From positions 1,124 through 65,123 of the IMG/VR virus record IMGVR_UViG_3300027724_000012: 64,000 nt of DNA, one strand, 5' to 3'. Positions within the stretch are counted from its first letter, which is position 1, and every line of letters starts with the position of its first letter. The notes under the pieces were generated by a model. The model saw nothing but the letters and a program-made list of their open reading frames with translations. It was not told the origin of the DNA and did no database searches. Source of the stretch: a virus. A program made the position numbers and the translations under genes. This document shows, piece by piece, positions 20,394 through 30,563 of this stretch.

Positions 20394-23300
20394 TGAGTTG
20401 AATTTCCACCAGAAGTATTAGCTGTTATTTGAACTCTAAGATCACCAGTACCAGATAAGGTAAGAGTTCCACCGAGTTCACAAGATAACCCATTAATAGT
20501 ATCAACAACAACACTTTGTACTTCTAACGCATCGGTAGGACATACACTAAATGTATTAGATGATACAGTTCCTGTACCTACATTTAATGCAATAGTATTT
20601 CCAACTTCATCTCCCAAATATAGATCGGATCCAGAACATACTGTAGGAATTAATATACTAGTACAAGTACAAGAAGAATATGCTGATACAGATCCTGTAT
20701 CAAGTATAGTAACACCATTTTCTTTAATAATCATTCTATCAGATACACCAAGTGGAATAAATCCCCATTTAATAATTGTACCAGTTGGAAATGTTCCTAT
20801 TAAATCATTTACTCCATTAGTTCCACCATTTTGTTGATTAAATGTTGTATCACAAACAGAGTTATTACATACACAACTACATCTACTATAAGAAATTTCT
20901 TTATTTTCTGAACATAATCCAGTAGAATCAGTAACTACTAAAACTATATTATCCGCTTCACCATTTAACACACTAGAAGTAGGAATAATTATTGTACCAT
21001 TTCCTGGCACCGGTGTAGATGCGATGGTTATAGTAGAACCAAATACTTGATAAGTTAATGCTCCAGTTCCTCCAGAAGCGGATACTGTAATATCAGAACA
21101 ACTAGTAAATGATGGAGTTCCTATACTTATTGGAGAACAAGATTGTACTACTTCAAAAGGTAGAGTAACAACTTGACAACACCCTATTGCACTACATACA
21201 GTTACTGTAGCAGTTTTATTTCCAGGAGTTGTAAACGTCATTGGTACAGATACATTTGTATTTCCTGTAACATTACCACTCCACGCAAATGTATATGGTC
21301 CACCAGTACCAGATTGAGTACTAAACGATATTGGTGTATTAGTATTCACAGGAAGACTAGTACTCGGTGTTATTGTAAATCCTGAAGGTTGAGATAAAGC
21401 AGTAAAAGAAACAGGAGTACTATCATAAAAACATCCTGTAGTTTGATTAGTAGCTCTAAGTCTAACAAATTTAGTTTCTCCAATACTTGTAGGAATAACG
21501 ACCGTAGGTGCTGGTGAAAGAGGAATAGCTGGGAAAAGAGTTTCTACACCTATATTTACATAATCTATTCCCATCATTTGTTGGAAAACATATGTCCATT
21601 CTACACCATTTATACCTAATGTATCACCACTAAATTGAATAGTAGCACTTCCAGGACCACAAGTATTACCAGTACTTGTTATAGATACTGTACCGCTAGG
21701 ACAATCACAATCATCTATAATAATAGGGGAAGGAATTGCTACACAATTGTTTGCATTTATAACTTCAATTGGAACCGATGTTCCAACAGCATATGTTAAA
21801 TTAACTCTTTTAAATGTACCTGTAGGTGATTCTGTTGCTATAACATTATCTATTTTAACTTGAGTAGCACCAGATGCTATAACTGTTATATTATGTAAAC
21901 TACCAATACATTCCTGACTTGTACTTGATACAACTGGTAGTGCACTAGCTGTAACCGATATACTAGCTGGAGTAACAGTATTACAACTTCCAGAAACACC
22001 TGTTGCGGTTATAGTAGCACTAGTGGTGGATGGTATAAACGATCCATTAAATCCAGATATAGTAGCTTGTAATGTAGCTGGACCTGTTCCACCTCCACCA
22101 TAAGAAATATTATATGTTCCTCCGATACCATTATCACCTATCCTAAAAGGTACAGGTTGACCTACACAATAATTAGTTGCTCCACCCAATGTTATTGATA
22201 AAGCTACTGTTTGTCCTTGAGATGTTAGTATCAAAGTTTCAGTATAATTTAAACAATAAGAATTGTTAGGATCTGTTATTAATTTTACAGTATAAGTATC
22301 TGTACCAGTAGTAGTCAAACCAGGTATTGTATATATTCCAGATATTGGAACAGTAACATTACTTAAAAATACTCCGTTTTTCTTAACTTCAAAAACAGAT
22401 CCTGAATCAGCATTTATAGTTATAGTTGCAAACTCTCCAGGACAAACAACTGTTTTATCAATTGATATATCAGGAGTTCCTAAATCTACTACGGTAAAAC
22501 TAGTAGATGCTGTTTGAGTACCTTCTTGTCGTGCTGTTAATATATACTCTCCAGCTGGTAAATTATTAAATATACCTGTTGTATTTTCTAATGGTTGTGA
22601 TAAATTACCACCTTCTACACTATATGTTATAGGTAATGATTGATTAAATCCAGTTGTTAAAGCTTGGAAAGCTCCACCAATACCACCAGGACAACCAATA
22701 CTAGATGTAGGTGTTATAGGATCTGGTACAACTGTTGTTTTACAATTAGTAATATCCACTTCATCCATACATCCATTACTATAAGTAAACTTGAGTTTTT
22801 TAGCTATACCATCTTTATTAACTGTTATAGATACTGGTAATCCAACCCATGTTTGTAATGGTGGATTAGCTATAGGTGTACCAGTTGTTATAGGTACTAC
22901 TTTTAAAAGCTCAGTAGATGTTATAGTTAAACCAGGAGTTAAAGTTACACTAAGATTAACAGTTGCTGTAGTACTATTATTAGATCCACAATCTGTAATT
23001 GCTTGTACTTTAGGTACACTAACAGCATCTATTGGTAATGAAACAACACACTCTCTATCAGATAATAAACCACCAGGAAGATAACTTTGATATACTTCAG
23101 CAGCTACTATTGATTTAGTTGTATATTTTTTACTATAACCAGTTACAAAAGTAGGATCGGAAACATTATGATTTAAATTTATATCTTCTACGCTACCATC
23201 ACTAAAAGAAAGTTTAAGTTTATAGTATGTTTGATTTATATTAGATATATTATAATTAGGTAATTTTTCATACGCATTTAACCAACCATTAGCAGCACAT

Positions 23301-25465
23301 ACTTTAAATCCTTGAAGATCTATTTTAGTAGCACATTCAGTAATAGATGAAACATAATTAGGACAACAGAATTTAAGCTCATTTTGAAATGCTATATTAT
23401 TAGCACAAGCACAATCCGTCATTACTTTATAATTGTAATTAGGTACTAATTCTCCATTAGCATAAGTATTATAATCTTCTGGACTATTTATTTTATCTAT
23501 CCATTTAGAACCTTCTTTAGTACCGTACTCTTTTCTAAACCAACCATGTTGGGAATATGTACCACTAGCATTATTAAATGCACCGCCATTAGTATCAAAA
23601 GTAGATGTATTAGATTTACTCCATATGAATAATGGTTTTCTAGATGATTTATCATCATTTAATTTAACACTAAATATACCTTGATATTCAGTATTTATTC
23701 TATTACAAGTATCCCATGCATTACCAGAAGTAGTATAATCAAGTATATATTCAACCAACTCTTTATTAGAATCATATTGGATACAATTATTATTAACTAC
23801 AGATACATTAGATACATTTACAATTATTTTAACATAAGTATTTACTTGTTTACCACCTATAGTTATTACTGATTTAATATCATTAGCTGTAAGTGATATA
23901 GGAGCTACTAAGTTTTTATTAACTGATTTAGTTACTGTTTTAGTAAAATCATCAGCTTTAGTAAGTATATTACCATTATTATAGTAGTAATGTTCTACAG
24001 TTACTTTAATATTACCAGTTACTAATTCATTATCTCCAAATGCTACATCTGTTAAATATTTAGAATATTGTTTATCAGCACCTAAATATTTTTTAAACAA
24101 ACCTATTTTAAGTTTAAGTATATCTGCTATAGTTGCTGGAGAATCTCCTTCTACATCAAAAGTTAATGTAGGATCTGTAGGAGAAGTAGCCGATGCTGGA
24201 TTACAAGTAGCTGTAGCAATATTTTGAACTTTAAATGTCATAGTATCACACTTACAACCTTTAGTTGTTAATTCAGCTTTGAGTTCGCAACCATTTTTTG
24301 TAGTACAATCTTGTTTTTTGGTTAACTCTAGTTTATCTGTACAATCTGCTCCTTCGCATTTACCATTAGGACAGTCGCAACCAGTATAACTAGTACAACC
24401 ACCTTCTTCAGTAGTACATGGAAAATTAGCACAATTTACACATTTATTTTCATAACAAGTACAACCTGGTTCAGTACACGGATTAAAACTATCACAATCT
24501 TGTCCGCAATGATTAACACCTTCGCAGTTACTACCATTACAAACACAACCTAATGCTCCAGAACATGCTGGATAAATAGAATTACTACCTGGACAGTTTA
24601 ATAGATAACATGGTACACATTGTTTGATACCTTCAAACTCTATACAACCACAACCTTCTCCACACTCAGCACCATTCTCACAAGATACATCTTTACATGG
24701 CCACGGTACACAAACATCGTTTACACATTTATAACCGTCTGGACATATAACTTCTACACATCCGCTTTCAGTACATCTCTTACATGGACCACAACTCTCA
24801 TCTGTACATGGTATTGGTATACATCTTTGTTGGGATGCACTCCATACGGTACCAGCACAACATACGCATTGTTTATTAACGCAGCATGTTTTACCATCTG
24901 TTCGTTTAGCACAATCTCCAGATATTAAGCAATCTACGCATTGACCAGTTAATGGATCACAAGCACCATCGCAAACTTTATCTACAATTTTACCATCTAT
25001 ACATTCTTGACATTTGGTTAATGGAGTTGAGCCATCACACTCTACACATTTACCATTACTTTTAAATGTACCTTGTGGACACACACATTTACAATCTAAA
25101 CATTTTGCTCCATTTGTACATGGTGTAGTTTCGTTACATTCGCAACATTTATCACCATCACAGAACTCGTTTACTTTACATAATGGTTCACATATACCAA
25201 ATTCGTTACATGTTTCACAATCTTCGCAATCAGTATCTGAATTACAGAAGCATCTTTTTACATATATTGGTGGACAACTAGCACACTCATCACAGAAAAT
25301 GTAAAATTCCAAACAATGCACCGCACTATTTGGATCTAAGGAAACAGTTAAACAACCTGCTTCTTCGCATGGTACTATAAGTCCTTCAGTACCAACCCAT
25401 ACAATTTTTAAATCTTTGCATGGTTTATCAAATTTTGGACATATCTTATAAGTATATTGTTCCAT
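20369..25465 (-). CDS. Giant Cys-rich adhesin/fibre-like protein (EGF/furin-like Cys repeats plus Ig/PKD/SprB-like domains)
   Basis: 1698 aa; about 75 Cys in the first ~405 aa by hand count. Later FNNLPAGEYILTA, SGGTGALTY and YTFAWSG...FTTPGNKTATVTV segments resemble SprB/PKD Ig-like repeats. Confidence 0.65.
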   Translation of the reverse strand: MEQYTYKICPKFDKPCKDLKIVWVGTEGLIVPCEEAGCLTVSLDPNSAVHCLEFYIFCDECASCPPIYVKRCFCNSDTDCEDCETCNEFGICEPLCKVNEFCDGDKCCECNETTPCTNGAKCLDCKCVCPQGTFKSNGKCVECDGSTPLTKCQECIDGKIVDKVCDGACDPLTGQCVDCLISGDCAKRTDGKTCCVNKQCVCCAGTVWSASQQRCIPIPCTDESCGPCKRCTESGCVEVICPDGYKCVNDVCVPWPCKDVSCENGAECGEGCGCIEFEGIKQCVPCYLLNCPGSNSIYPACSGALGCVCNGSNCEGVNHCGQDCDSFNPCTEPGCTCYENKCVNCANFPCTTEEGGCTSYTGCDCPNGKCEGADCTDKLELTKKQDCTTKNGCELKAELTTKGCKCDTMTFKVQNIATATCNPASATSPTDPTLTFDVEGDSPATIADILKLKIGLFKKYLGADKQYSKYLTDVAFGDNELVTGNIKVTVEHYYYNNGNILTKADDFTKTVTKSVNKNLVAPISLTANDIKSVITIGGKQVNTYVKIIVNVSNVSVVNNNCIQYDSNKELVEYILDYTTSGNAWDTCNRINTEYQGIFSVKLNDDKSSRKPLFIWSKSNTSTFDTNGGAFNNASGTYSQHGWFRKEYGTKEGSKWIDKINSPEDYNTYANGELVPNYNYKVMTDCACANNIAFQNELKFCCPNYVSSITECATKIDLQGFKVCAANGWLNAYEKLPNYNISNINQTYYKLKLSFSDGSVEDINLNHNVSDPTFVTGYSKKYTTKSIVAAEVYQSYLPGGLLSDRECVVSLPIDAVSVPKVQAITDCGSNNSTTATVNLSVTLTPGLTITSTELLKVVPITTGTPIANPPLQTWVGLPVSITVNKDGIAKKLKFTYSNGCMDEVDITNCKTTVVPDPITPTSSIGCPGGIGGAFQALTTGFNQSLPITYSVEGGNLSQPLENTTGIFNNLPAGEYILTARQEGTQTASTSFTVVDLGTPDISIDKTVVCPGEFATITINADSGSVFEVKKNGVFLSNVTVPISGIYTIPGLTTTGTDTYTVKLITDPNNSYCLNYTETLILTSQGQTVALSITLGGATNYCVGQPVPFRIGDNGIGGTYNISYGGGGTGPATLQATISGFNGSFIPSTTSATITATGVSGSCNTVTPASISVTASALPVVSSTSQECIGSLHNITVIASGATQVKIDNVIATESPTGTFKRVNLTYAVGTSVPIEVINANNCVAIPSPIIIDDCDCPSGTVSITSTGNTCGPGSATIQFSGDTLGINGVEWTYVFQQMMGIDYVNIGVETLFPAIPLSPAPTVVIPTSIGETKFVRLRATNQTTGCFYDSTPVSFTALSQPSGFTITPSTSLPVNTNTPISFSTQSGTGGPYTFAWSGNVTGNTNVSVPMTFTTPGNKTATVTVCSAIGCCQVVTLPFEVVQSCSPISIGTPSFTSCSDITVSASGGTGALTYQVFGSTITIASTPVPGNGTIIIPTSSVLNGEADNIVLVVTDSTGLCSENKEISYSRCSCVCNNSVCDTTFNQQNGGTNGVNDLIGTFPTGTIIKWGFIPLGVSDRMIIKENGVTILDTGSVSAYSSCTCTSILIPTVCSGSDLYLGDEVGNTIALNVGTGTVSSNTFSVCPTDALEVQSVVVDTINGLSCELGGTLTLSGTGDLRVQITANTSGGNSTQWRYLIGC

Positions 25466-26351
25466 TTAAAATATTATTTTTTTGTATATTAGTTAATGTA
25501 TAATCTTTTAATAAATTAGGTATCAATGAAATACACTTTTCTCCATTATCTACTACAACATCTTTGAAGTTTAAATCTTCACCTATATCGTATTTAGCTA
25601 AAGGAGTTACAAGTTTGACTTTATCGTTTTCTATTTCTATTGCTAACTTGTTTTTATATATTTGAGAAATTATATCGTAAGAGTAGTTACAAGTATTCAA
25701 ATATATATATTCTTTTCTAGTTAGATTACAATTTGGATTTTTTTCTACTAGTAGTTTATAGTCTAATCCGCACTCGTCTTTTGTTCTAGTTAATTTGATA
25801 TTATAATCACATGTTTTTTTATGTACCGAAATCGCTGTTAATACATCACAAGGAATTACATTTTTAGTTATATCAAATGCTAAATTACAAATCTTATCTA
25901 TTTTTTCTATAGTATAATCTAAATTACAAGATTTCTTTATTTTATCTATTGTATAATCTAGATTACATTCTTTTATTATTTTATCAATAGTATAATCTGG
26001 TATTTTACATAATTCTTGATATCTTTGGATATCAATATCTAAACCATAATTAATACATATTTTTAAAGCGATTTTTTCCCATTGTTTTCTACTAACACAT
26101 CCGGGATTAGTTATTTCCCAATCATCTCTTTTAGTATTATCAACAGTAACTTCAGGAGATGATAATTTACAATCATATGTTAATATCTGAATCAGATCTT
26201 TATATTTCTTTAGCTGATACTTATTATAACAATCAGTATTCGCTTTAGATAGCAATATTAAAGGTAAATCTTCATTACATTTATATGGGAAACCATAATA
26301 CAGTTGATTTGCTACTATGGTTGATATTTCTGATAATTTACTATTTATCAC
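25446..26351 (-). CDS. Hypothetical structural protein with 13-aa Cys-containing repeats
   Basis: 301 aa, GTG start; DYTIDKIIKECNL / DYTIDKIKKSCNL / DYTIEKIDKICNL. Confidence 0.55.
   Translation of the reverse strand: MINSKLSEISTIVANQLYYGFPYKCNEDLPLILLSKANTDCYNKYQLKKYKDLIQILTYDCKLSSPEVTVDNTKRDDWEITNPGCVSRKQWEKIALKICINYGLDIDIQRYQELCKIPDYTIDKIIKECNLDYTIDKIKKSCNLDYTIEKIDKICNLAFDITKNVIPCDVLTAISVHKKTCDYNIKLTRTKDECGLDYKLLVEKNPNCNLTRKEYIYLNTCNYSYDIISQIYKNKLAIEIENDKVKLVTPLAKYDIGEDLNFKDVVVDNGEKCISLIPNLLKDYTLTNIQKNNILNGTIYL
25881..25997 (-). repeat. Three imperfect 39-bp coding tandem repeats
   Basis: Encode DYTI(D/E)KIxKxCNL three times. Confidence 0.8.
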
Positions 26352-26352
26352 G

Positions 26353-26360
26353 CAAAGATA
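26353..26360 (-). promoter_or_regulatory. Bacteroidota-type -7 promoter element TATCTTTG
   Basis: Matches TAnnTTTG, followed by C like the other copies; intergenic, just after the hairpin at 26379-26402. Confidence 0.5.
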
Positions 26361-26405
26361 ATTTATTATTATAATAAATATAGATAACCATGATTATCTA
26401 TAGGA

Positions 26406-26495
26406 TTAAATTAGATTAGTAGGTGGTTGGTTTGCTTGAGTTTTATCTACTCCGCAATTACAAGAACCTTGTCCTGGTTTATTTGTGTTTTTCAT
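26406..26495 (-). CDS. Micro-ORF, 29 aa (MKNTNKPGQGSCNCGVDKTQANQPPTNLI)
   Basis: Read by hand; fills the gap directly after 26501..26932; contains CNC. Confidence 0.45.
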   Translation of the reverse strand: MKNTNKPGQGSCNCGVDKTQANQPPTNLI

Positions 26496-26500
26496 ATTGT

Positions 26501-26932
26501 TTATTTTAGAATAAATATTTTTATAGCTGCTGTTACAATTAATGCGGGATAACCATATTTGTATACGTTCTTCCAATTTTTTTCTCTACGTTTAGCTTTT
26601 TCTTCCGCTAGTAAACTATCGTTACTAGATAGCAGTAATATTTTATAGTTATTTATAATATCATTAGATAAATAATTTTTTTCTCTCATTATACTATCCA
26701 TTGTATTATACTTCTCTATTTCTTTATAATTAAAAGAATCTTTTTTTATTAGATCTTTAACTATATAATCTTGTTTTATTTTTATTTCTAAAAGTTTTTT
26801 TATTTGATCTTTTAGATTTTCCGTTCTATGTTGTATACTTAAAGCTTTATTATAACTTATAGTAATACTATCTTGTTGACTATTTATAGTAAAAGGTAAA
26901 AAGAAGAGTAGTAGTATTGTTATGTATCTCAT
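26501..26932 (-). CDS. Spanin-like envelope protein (signal peptide, coiled coil, C-terminal TM)
   Basis: Hydrophobic N-terminus ending INS|QQDS, coiled coil, C-terminal hydrophobic helix; near lysis genes. Confidence 0.5.
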   Translation of the reverse strand: MRYITILLLFFLPFTINSQQDSITISYNKALSIQHRTENLKDQIKKLLEIKIKQDYIVKDLIKKDSFNYKEIEKYNTMDSIMREKNYLSNDIINNYKILLLSSNDSLLAEEKAKRREKNWKNVYKYGYPALIVTAAIKIFILK

Positions 26933-26937
26933 ATTAA

Positions 26938-27447
26938 TTATGGATAAACTCTTATTTCTATAAATGTAGAACTTAATATATCATCTATAAAAACTTCTGG
27001 TTCTGATGTAGTTTTAATAACAACCATATTATCATCTGCTCTAAATATAATAAATCCTCTGGTGTCATTACCAGCACCATCGTTATATATCAATCTATTA
27101 AAAATACATTTATCTCCATCCTGTGTAAGATTTGTCTTATTAATAGGGAATGCATCAGTTAAAGTGCCATTATATTGCCCCACACTATCGTAAGTCCAAA
27201 CAACTTCCCCACCAAGCGTATTCTTCAACACTGTTGCTACTGGAGCATCTGTACCAGTTTGAGTAAGAAGTGCTACATACACTTTAGGTTCTGTATCTGC
27301 TATACCTTCTGTAGTAGCTAATGTTTCTACAACACCACTTGAGTCTTTTGTTTTTAACAGTCCATCTGTAGAGTCGTTAAAAAGTATTTTTGTATCTGCA
27401 CCTGGATTTTGTATTGTTTCTGGTGATCTTTCTTGTAAGTTTAACAT
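26938..27447 (-). CDS. Fibre-tip/decoration protein, KVY-ALLTQ-GT-AP paralog family
   Basis: KVYVALLTQTGTDAPVATVLKNTLGG...IEIRVYP; paralog of 27811, 35088 and 36055. Confidence 0.55.
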   Translation of the reverse strand: MLNLQERSPETIQNPGADTKILFNDSTDGLLKTKDSSGVVETLATTEGIADTEPKVYVALLTQTGTDAPVATVLKNTLGGEVVWTYDSVGQYNGTLTDAFPINKTNLTQDGDKCIFNRLIYNDGAGNDTRGFIIFRADDNMVVIKTTSEPEVFIDDILSSTFIEIRVYP

Positions 27448-27448
27448 T

Positions 27449-27811
27449 TTAAAATTCTTTATTTATGTAATTTAATAATTCTTTTGATGTTGGTTTTGTA
27501 GATGATATAGTATCTTTTTTTATTTTATCATACTCATCTATTAAACTTTGTAGTTTTTTTATATCTTCTGTAATATCTATTTTTTCTTTTATTATTCTTA
27601 TCTTATCTTTTTGTGCAGAAGTTACTCTGTACAAACTATCAAGTTTTATATTTGTTTTTTCTGAAACTTCTAGTTTAGTTTCTAAATGTTTTCTAACACT
27701 CATATCATCTAATACCTTTTTACCACTAAAATAACCACCTATTATTATAATTAATAATAAAATAATTATTGTATAAAACCACCAAGTATGATACCACTTT
27801 GTTTTTTTCAT
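27449..27811 (-). CDS. Inner-membrane spanin-like protein
   Basis: Single N-terminal TM helix followed by coiled coil; in the lysis region. Confidence 0.5.
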   Translation of the reverse strand: MKKTKWYHTWWFYTIIILLLIIIIGGYFSGKKVLDDMSVRKHLETKLEVSEKTNIKLDSLYRVTSAQKDKIRIIKEKIDITEDIKKLQSLIDEYDKIKKDTISSTKPTSKELLNYINKEF

Positions 27812-28290
27812 TATGAGTATAATCTTATTTCTACATAATAATCTGATAAAATACTATCTGCAAATGTAAATATACCATTATCAGAATAAGTAGATAATCT
27901 TACATATCTACCAGCATTATCTCTACTAGCAGATACTAATTTTGGTGGATTATAAATAGATGTTTGTCCATATTGTGGATAATGATTAACAACAGTTAAA
28001 TCTTCTGTAAATTTAGCATTACCTATTCCATCATCATTAATATTATATATACCTGTAGATACTCTTGTTATAGTTGGTGTAAATCCTAAATCGTTATATA
28101 GTATAGTATAAGTAGGATCTCCTATACCTGTCTGATTTATAGTAAGAGATAATACTTTGTAAGGAAGAACTGATTGTAAAGATGTTAACCACTGAGCTTC
28201 TGTTCCTACAAATCCGTTAGCAACAGCTATTTCATAAGCTGTTACTTGTGGGTTTCTAGATATTATTATATTACCTTTTGATATTGACAT
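27811..28290 (-). CDS. Fibre-tip protein, KVY-ALLTQ paralog family (start moved to ATG at 28290)
   Basis: MSISKGNIII..., phage fibre motif AYEIAVANGFVGTEAQWLTSL, then YKVLSLTINQTGIGDP...VEIRLYS. The later ATG removes the overlap with the HNH gene. Confidence 0.55.
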   Translation of the reverse strand: MSISKGNIIISRNPQVTAYEIAVANGFVGTEAQWLTSLQSVLPYKVLSLTINQTGIGDPTYTILYNDLGFTPTITRVSTGIYNINDDGIGNAKFTEDLTVVNHYPQYGQTSIYNPPKLVSASRDNAGRYVRLSTYSDNGIFTFADSILSDYYVEIRLYS

Positions 28291-28300
28291 TATTATAGTT

Positions 28301-28915
28301 TTACATATTGTGTTCTTGAAGTACATCTTTATTACCTTCGTTCGCTAATCTAAGTAATTTTACTTCTCTTATAGCTTTACCAATTACAAGCATCTCTTCA
28401 TAAGTAAAATTGTCCATTCTCGCTACATTACAATGCATACAAGCTGGTACACAATTTTCTTTTGCGTGGCCCAAGCTGTTATCAATTCTGTCCATACCTG
28501 TAGATGGGAAACCGCAATAAGCACAAGCAGATGATAAAGCTAATTCCATATCTTCTTTTGTTAAATTAAAGTGATAGTTTCTTTTTTTATCAAATCTTTC
28601 GTAAGCATGTAAAACCTGTATTATTTTATATTTTAAAGTTTTACTATACCTTCTACCTAACTCTTTTTTTCTTTGTTTTTGTGCTTCCGTTAGCACTCTT
28701 CTGACTCTAGGTTTCCAAGTTCTAACTTTTGCACATTCTCTACACTTATACTCAAATCCTAATTGCCTATTCTTACTTCTATGGAAATTTTCTGGTGTTA
28801 ATTCTTTTACTTCCTTGCACTTGTAGCACATCCTGTGTGTGCAAGTATTGCTATCATTTGTATTCAAATTATACTTTTTTCTGCATGTGCATCCAATCAT
28901 AATTTTTCTCCACAC
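28301..28915 (-). CDS. Free-standing HNH homing endonuclease
   Basis: CYKC...CREC Zn finger and CAYCG...MDRIDNSLGHAKENCVPACMHCN. The true start may be TTG at 28867, right after the endolysin stop. Confidence 0.8.
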   Translation of the reverse strand: MWRKIMIGCTCRKKYNLNTNDSNTCTHRMCYKCKEVKELTPENFHRSKNRQLGFEYKCRECAKVRTWKPRVRRVLTEAQKQRKKELGRRYSKTLKYKIIQVLHAYERFDKKRNYHFNLTKEDMELALSSACAYCGFPSTGMDRIDNSLGHAKENCVPACMHCNVARMDNFTYEEMLVIGKAIREVKLLRLANEGNKDVLQEHNM

Positions 28916-29330
28916 CCAAACTCTCCCATCCGTACTTATAGAATATATCTATCATTTTTTTATACTCTGGTTTAGCAAACTGTGCTTTATCCTCCCCCCA
29001 CTTTAGTTGATTTCTTTCAGGATCAAGATCAATCGCAACCCCAAATGCATGCATAGATTGTTTAGTACCGCCACGCATTAATCTACAATTATAACAACCA
29101 CCGTAAATATCTATACCCAATTCTTTTATCTTAGGTAAACCGTATTCTTTTAGTATGTCTTTGAATATATTCTCTATATCGTTTTTGACTAACTTATGAC
29201 ACTGTATCTTTCTTGTAGTTTTTGTTTTGTCCCAAGCTATAACTAATGGAAAAGGTATATTGGCAATAACTAAATTACTTTCTGTACAAGCCTTTCCATA
29301 TATCTTTTCAATTTTATCTATTGCGCTCAT
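28869..29330 (-). CDS. Endolysin, M15 family zinc peptidase
   Basis: YGGCYNCRLMRGG..SMHAFGVAIDLDP...DWMH motifs. Confidence 0.85.
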   Translation of the reverse strand: MSAIDKIEKIYGKACTESNLVIANIPFPLVIAWDKTKTTRKIQCHKLVKNDIENIFKDILKEYGLPKIKELGIDIYGGCYNCRLMRGGTKQSMHAFGVAIDLDPERNQLKWGEDKAQFAKPEYKKMIDIFYKYGWESLGVEKNYDWMHMQKKV

Positions 29331-29610
29331 TTTTGTTTGTTATTTTTCTACATTCGTCAAGCTCTGTACGTAGTTCTTTTATTAGTTCTTTTAGTCCGTG
29401 TACTTCTGTTGCGAGATCTTCATATCTTTTTAAACTATCCATTGTAAATTTATCATATGCAGCTTGCATGTTTGTTAGAGCAGTTCCCTCTGCTTGTTTT
29501 ATCTCCGCTTGTTTCATCCCTTTTCCAGAAAAATACGCAATAACTCCAGTTACTGCTGTAAGAACAATTTCACCTAAATACTCTTTAATTGCGTCTAATA
29601 TTCCATCCAT
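29314..29610 (-). CDS. Holin-like membrane protein
   Basis: N-terminal TM plus coiled coil, directly upstream of and overlapping the endolysin. Confidence 0.55.
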   Translation of the reverse strand: MDGILDAIKEYLGEIVLTAVTGVIAYFSGKGMKQAEIKQAEGTALTNMQAAYDKFTMDSLKRYEDLATEVHGLKELIKELRTELDECRKITNKNERNR

Positions 29611-29684
29611 TCTTTATTACTGTTTTGATTTTTAATTAATAGTGCATTCGGGTGCGACTGCTAATTTATATAGGAAACATAGTC

Positions 29685-30359
29685 TTAGAAACTATGCGCC
29701 GGTTGAAACTGAGTATTATACTTATTTGTTGGTTCTTTATGATCCGCTTTGATAGGTAATCCATCTAATCTAAGTTGCCATCTACTTAAAAGATAATTAG
29801 TATTAGATGTCTCATTATAATATGGTTTAGGATTTCCTGATACTGTATAAGATATAACTTTTGATGGATGACCTATATTACGTAATAAGTTTTCTCCTGT
29901 AGGTATATATTTAAAATTATCTGGACCCTCTTTAGAATATGCTACTAATTTTACATTTGTAGAATCTTTATACATTACTAAGATTTTATAGTGCTTATAA
30001 AAAACTCCATCTATATTTATTATATCTAGTAATCCTAAAGTAAGTTGTAAATAAGCTACTTTTTCTTTATTATAAATCTTATGCTCTCTAGCTATGGTTC
30101 CATTAGAAAATGTTGCTTTAAGCCAATTATCTGATGTCATACTTCCACGGAAAAATATTAAATCTGCTGAAGCTGCTCCACCATCTCTTGCTCCTGTATT
30201 AAAAGTTACCCTTGCACTATCTAACACTATCTCTGGAAGTAGTAATGGAAAAGTTGGAGTAACTTGCGTTGGTATAGGTACTTGTATATTATTCATATCG
30301 TCTTTGGTACATCCAAAAGATAAAATAATTATTGCTAATGTTAATATTGTCTTTCTCAT
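29685..30359 (-). CDS. Lipoprotein
   Basis: Signal peptide II MRKTILTLAIIILSFG|C followed by TKDD. Confidence 0.7.
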   Translation of the reverse strand: MRKTILTLAIIILSFGCTKDDMNNIQVPIPTQVTPTFPLLLPEIVLDSARVTFNTGARDGGAASADLIFFRGSMTSDNWLKATFSNGTIAREHKIYNKEKVAYLQLTLGLLDIINIDGVFYKHYKILVMYKDSTNVKLVAYSKEGPDNFKYIPTGENLLRNIGHPSKVISYTVSGNPKPYYNETSNTNYLLSRWQLRLDGLPIKADHKEPTNKYNTQFQPAHSF

Positions 30360-30368
30360 TATTTTTTG

Positions 30369-30563
30369 TTATTTGTTCTTTTTAATTGTTGGTAACACAA
30401 AGAAGTAAATTACTGCTGCTACTGGTAATAGAAATACAAGTGCAGGATATAGTGTATCTTTAGTAACCATCATTTCTTCTACTTTATCCATAAGTGGTAT
30501 AGATAGAAAAAACAAACTTACTACTAACCAAAAAGGCCATTCTGTAAAAATTTTAGTATCCAT
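30369..30563 (-). CDS. Small two-TM membrane protein (possible holin)
   Basis: Two hydrophobic helices and a basic C-terminus. Confidence 0.5.
   Translation of the reverse strand: MDTKIFTEWPFWLVVSLFFLSIPLMDKVEEMMVTKDTLYPALVFLLPVAAVIYFFVLPTIKKNK

Noticed and set aside
28301..29330. Group I intron in the endolysin carrying the HNH
   Set aside because: The endolysin is complete through its last motif (DWMH), and no second exon or intron core is evident.
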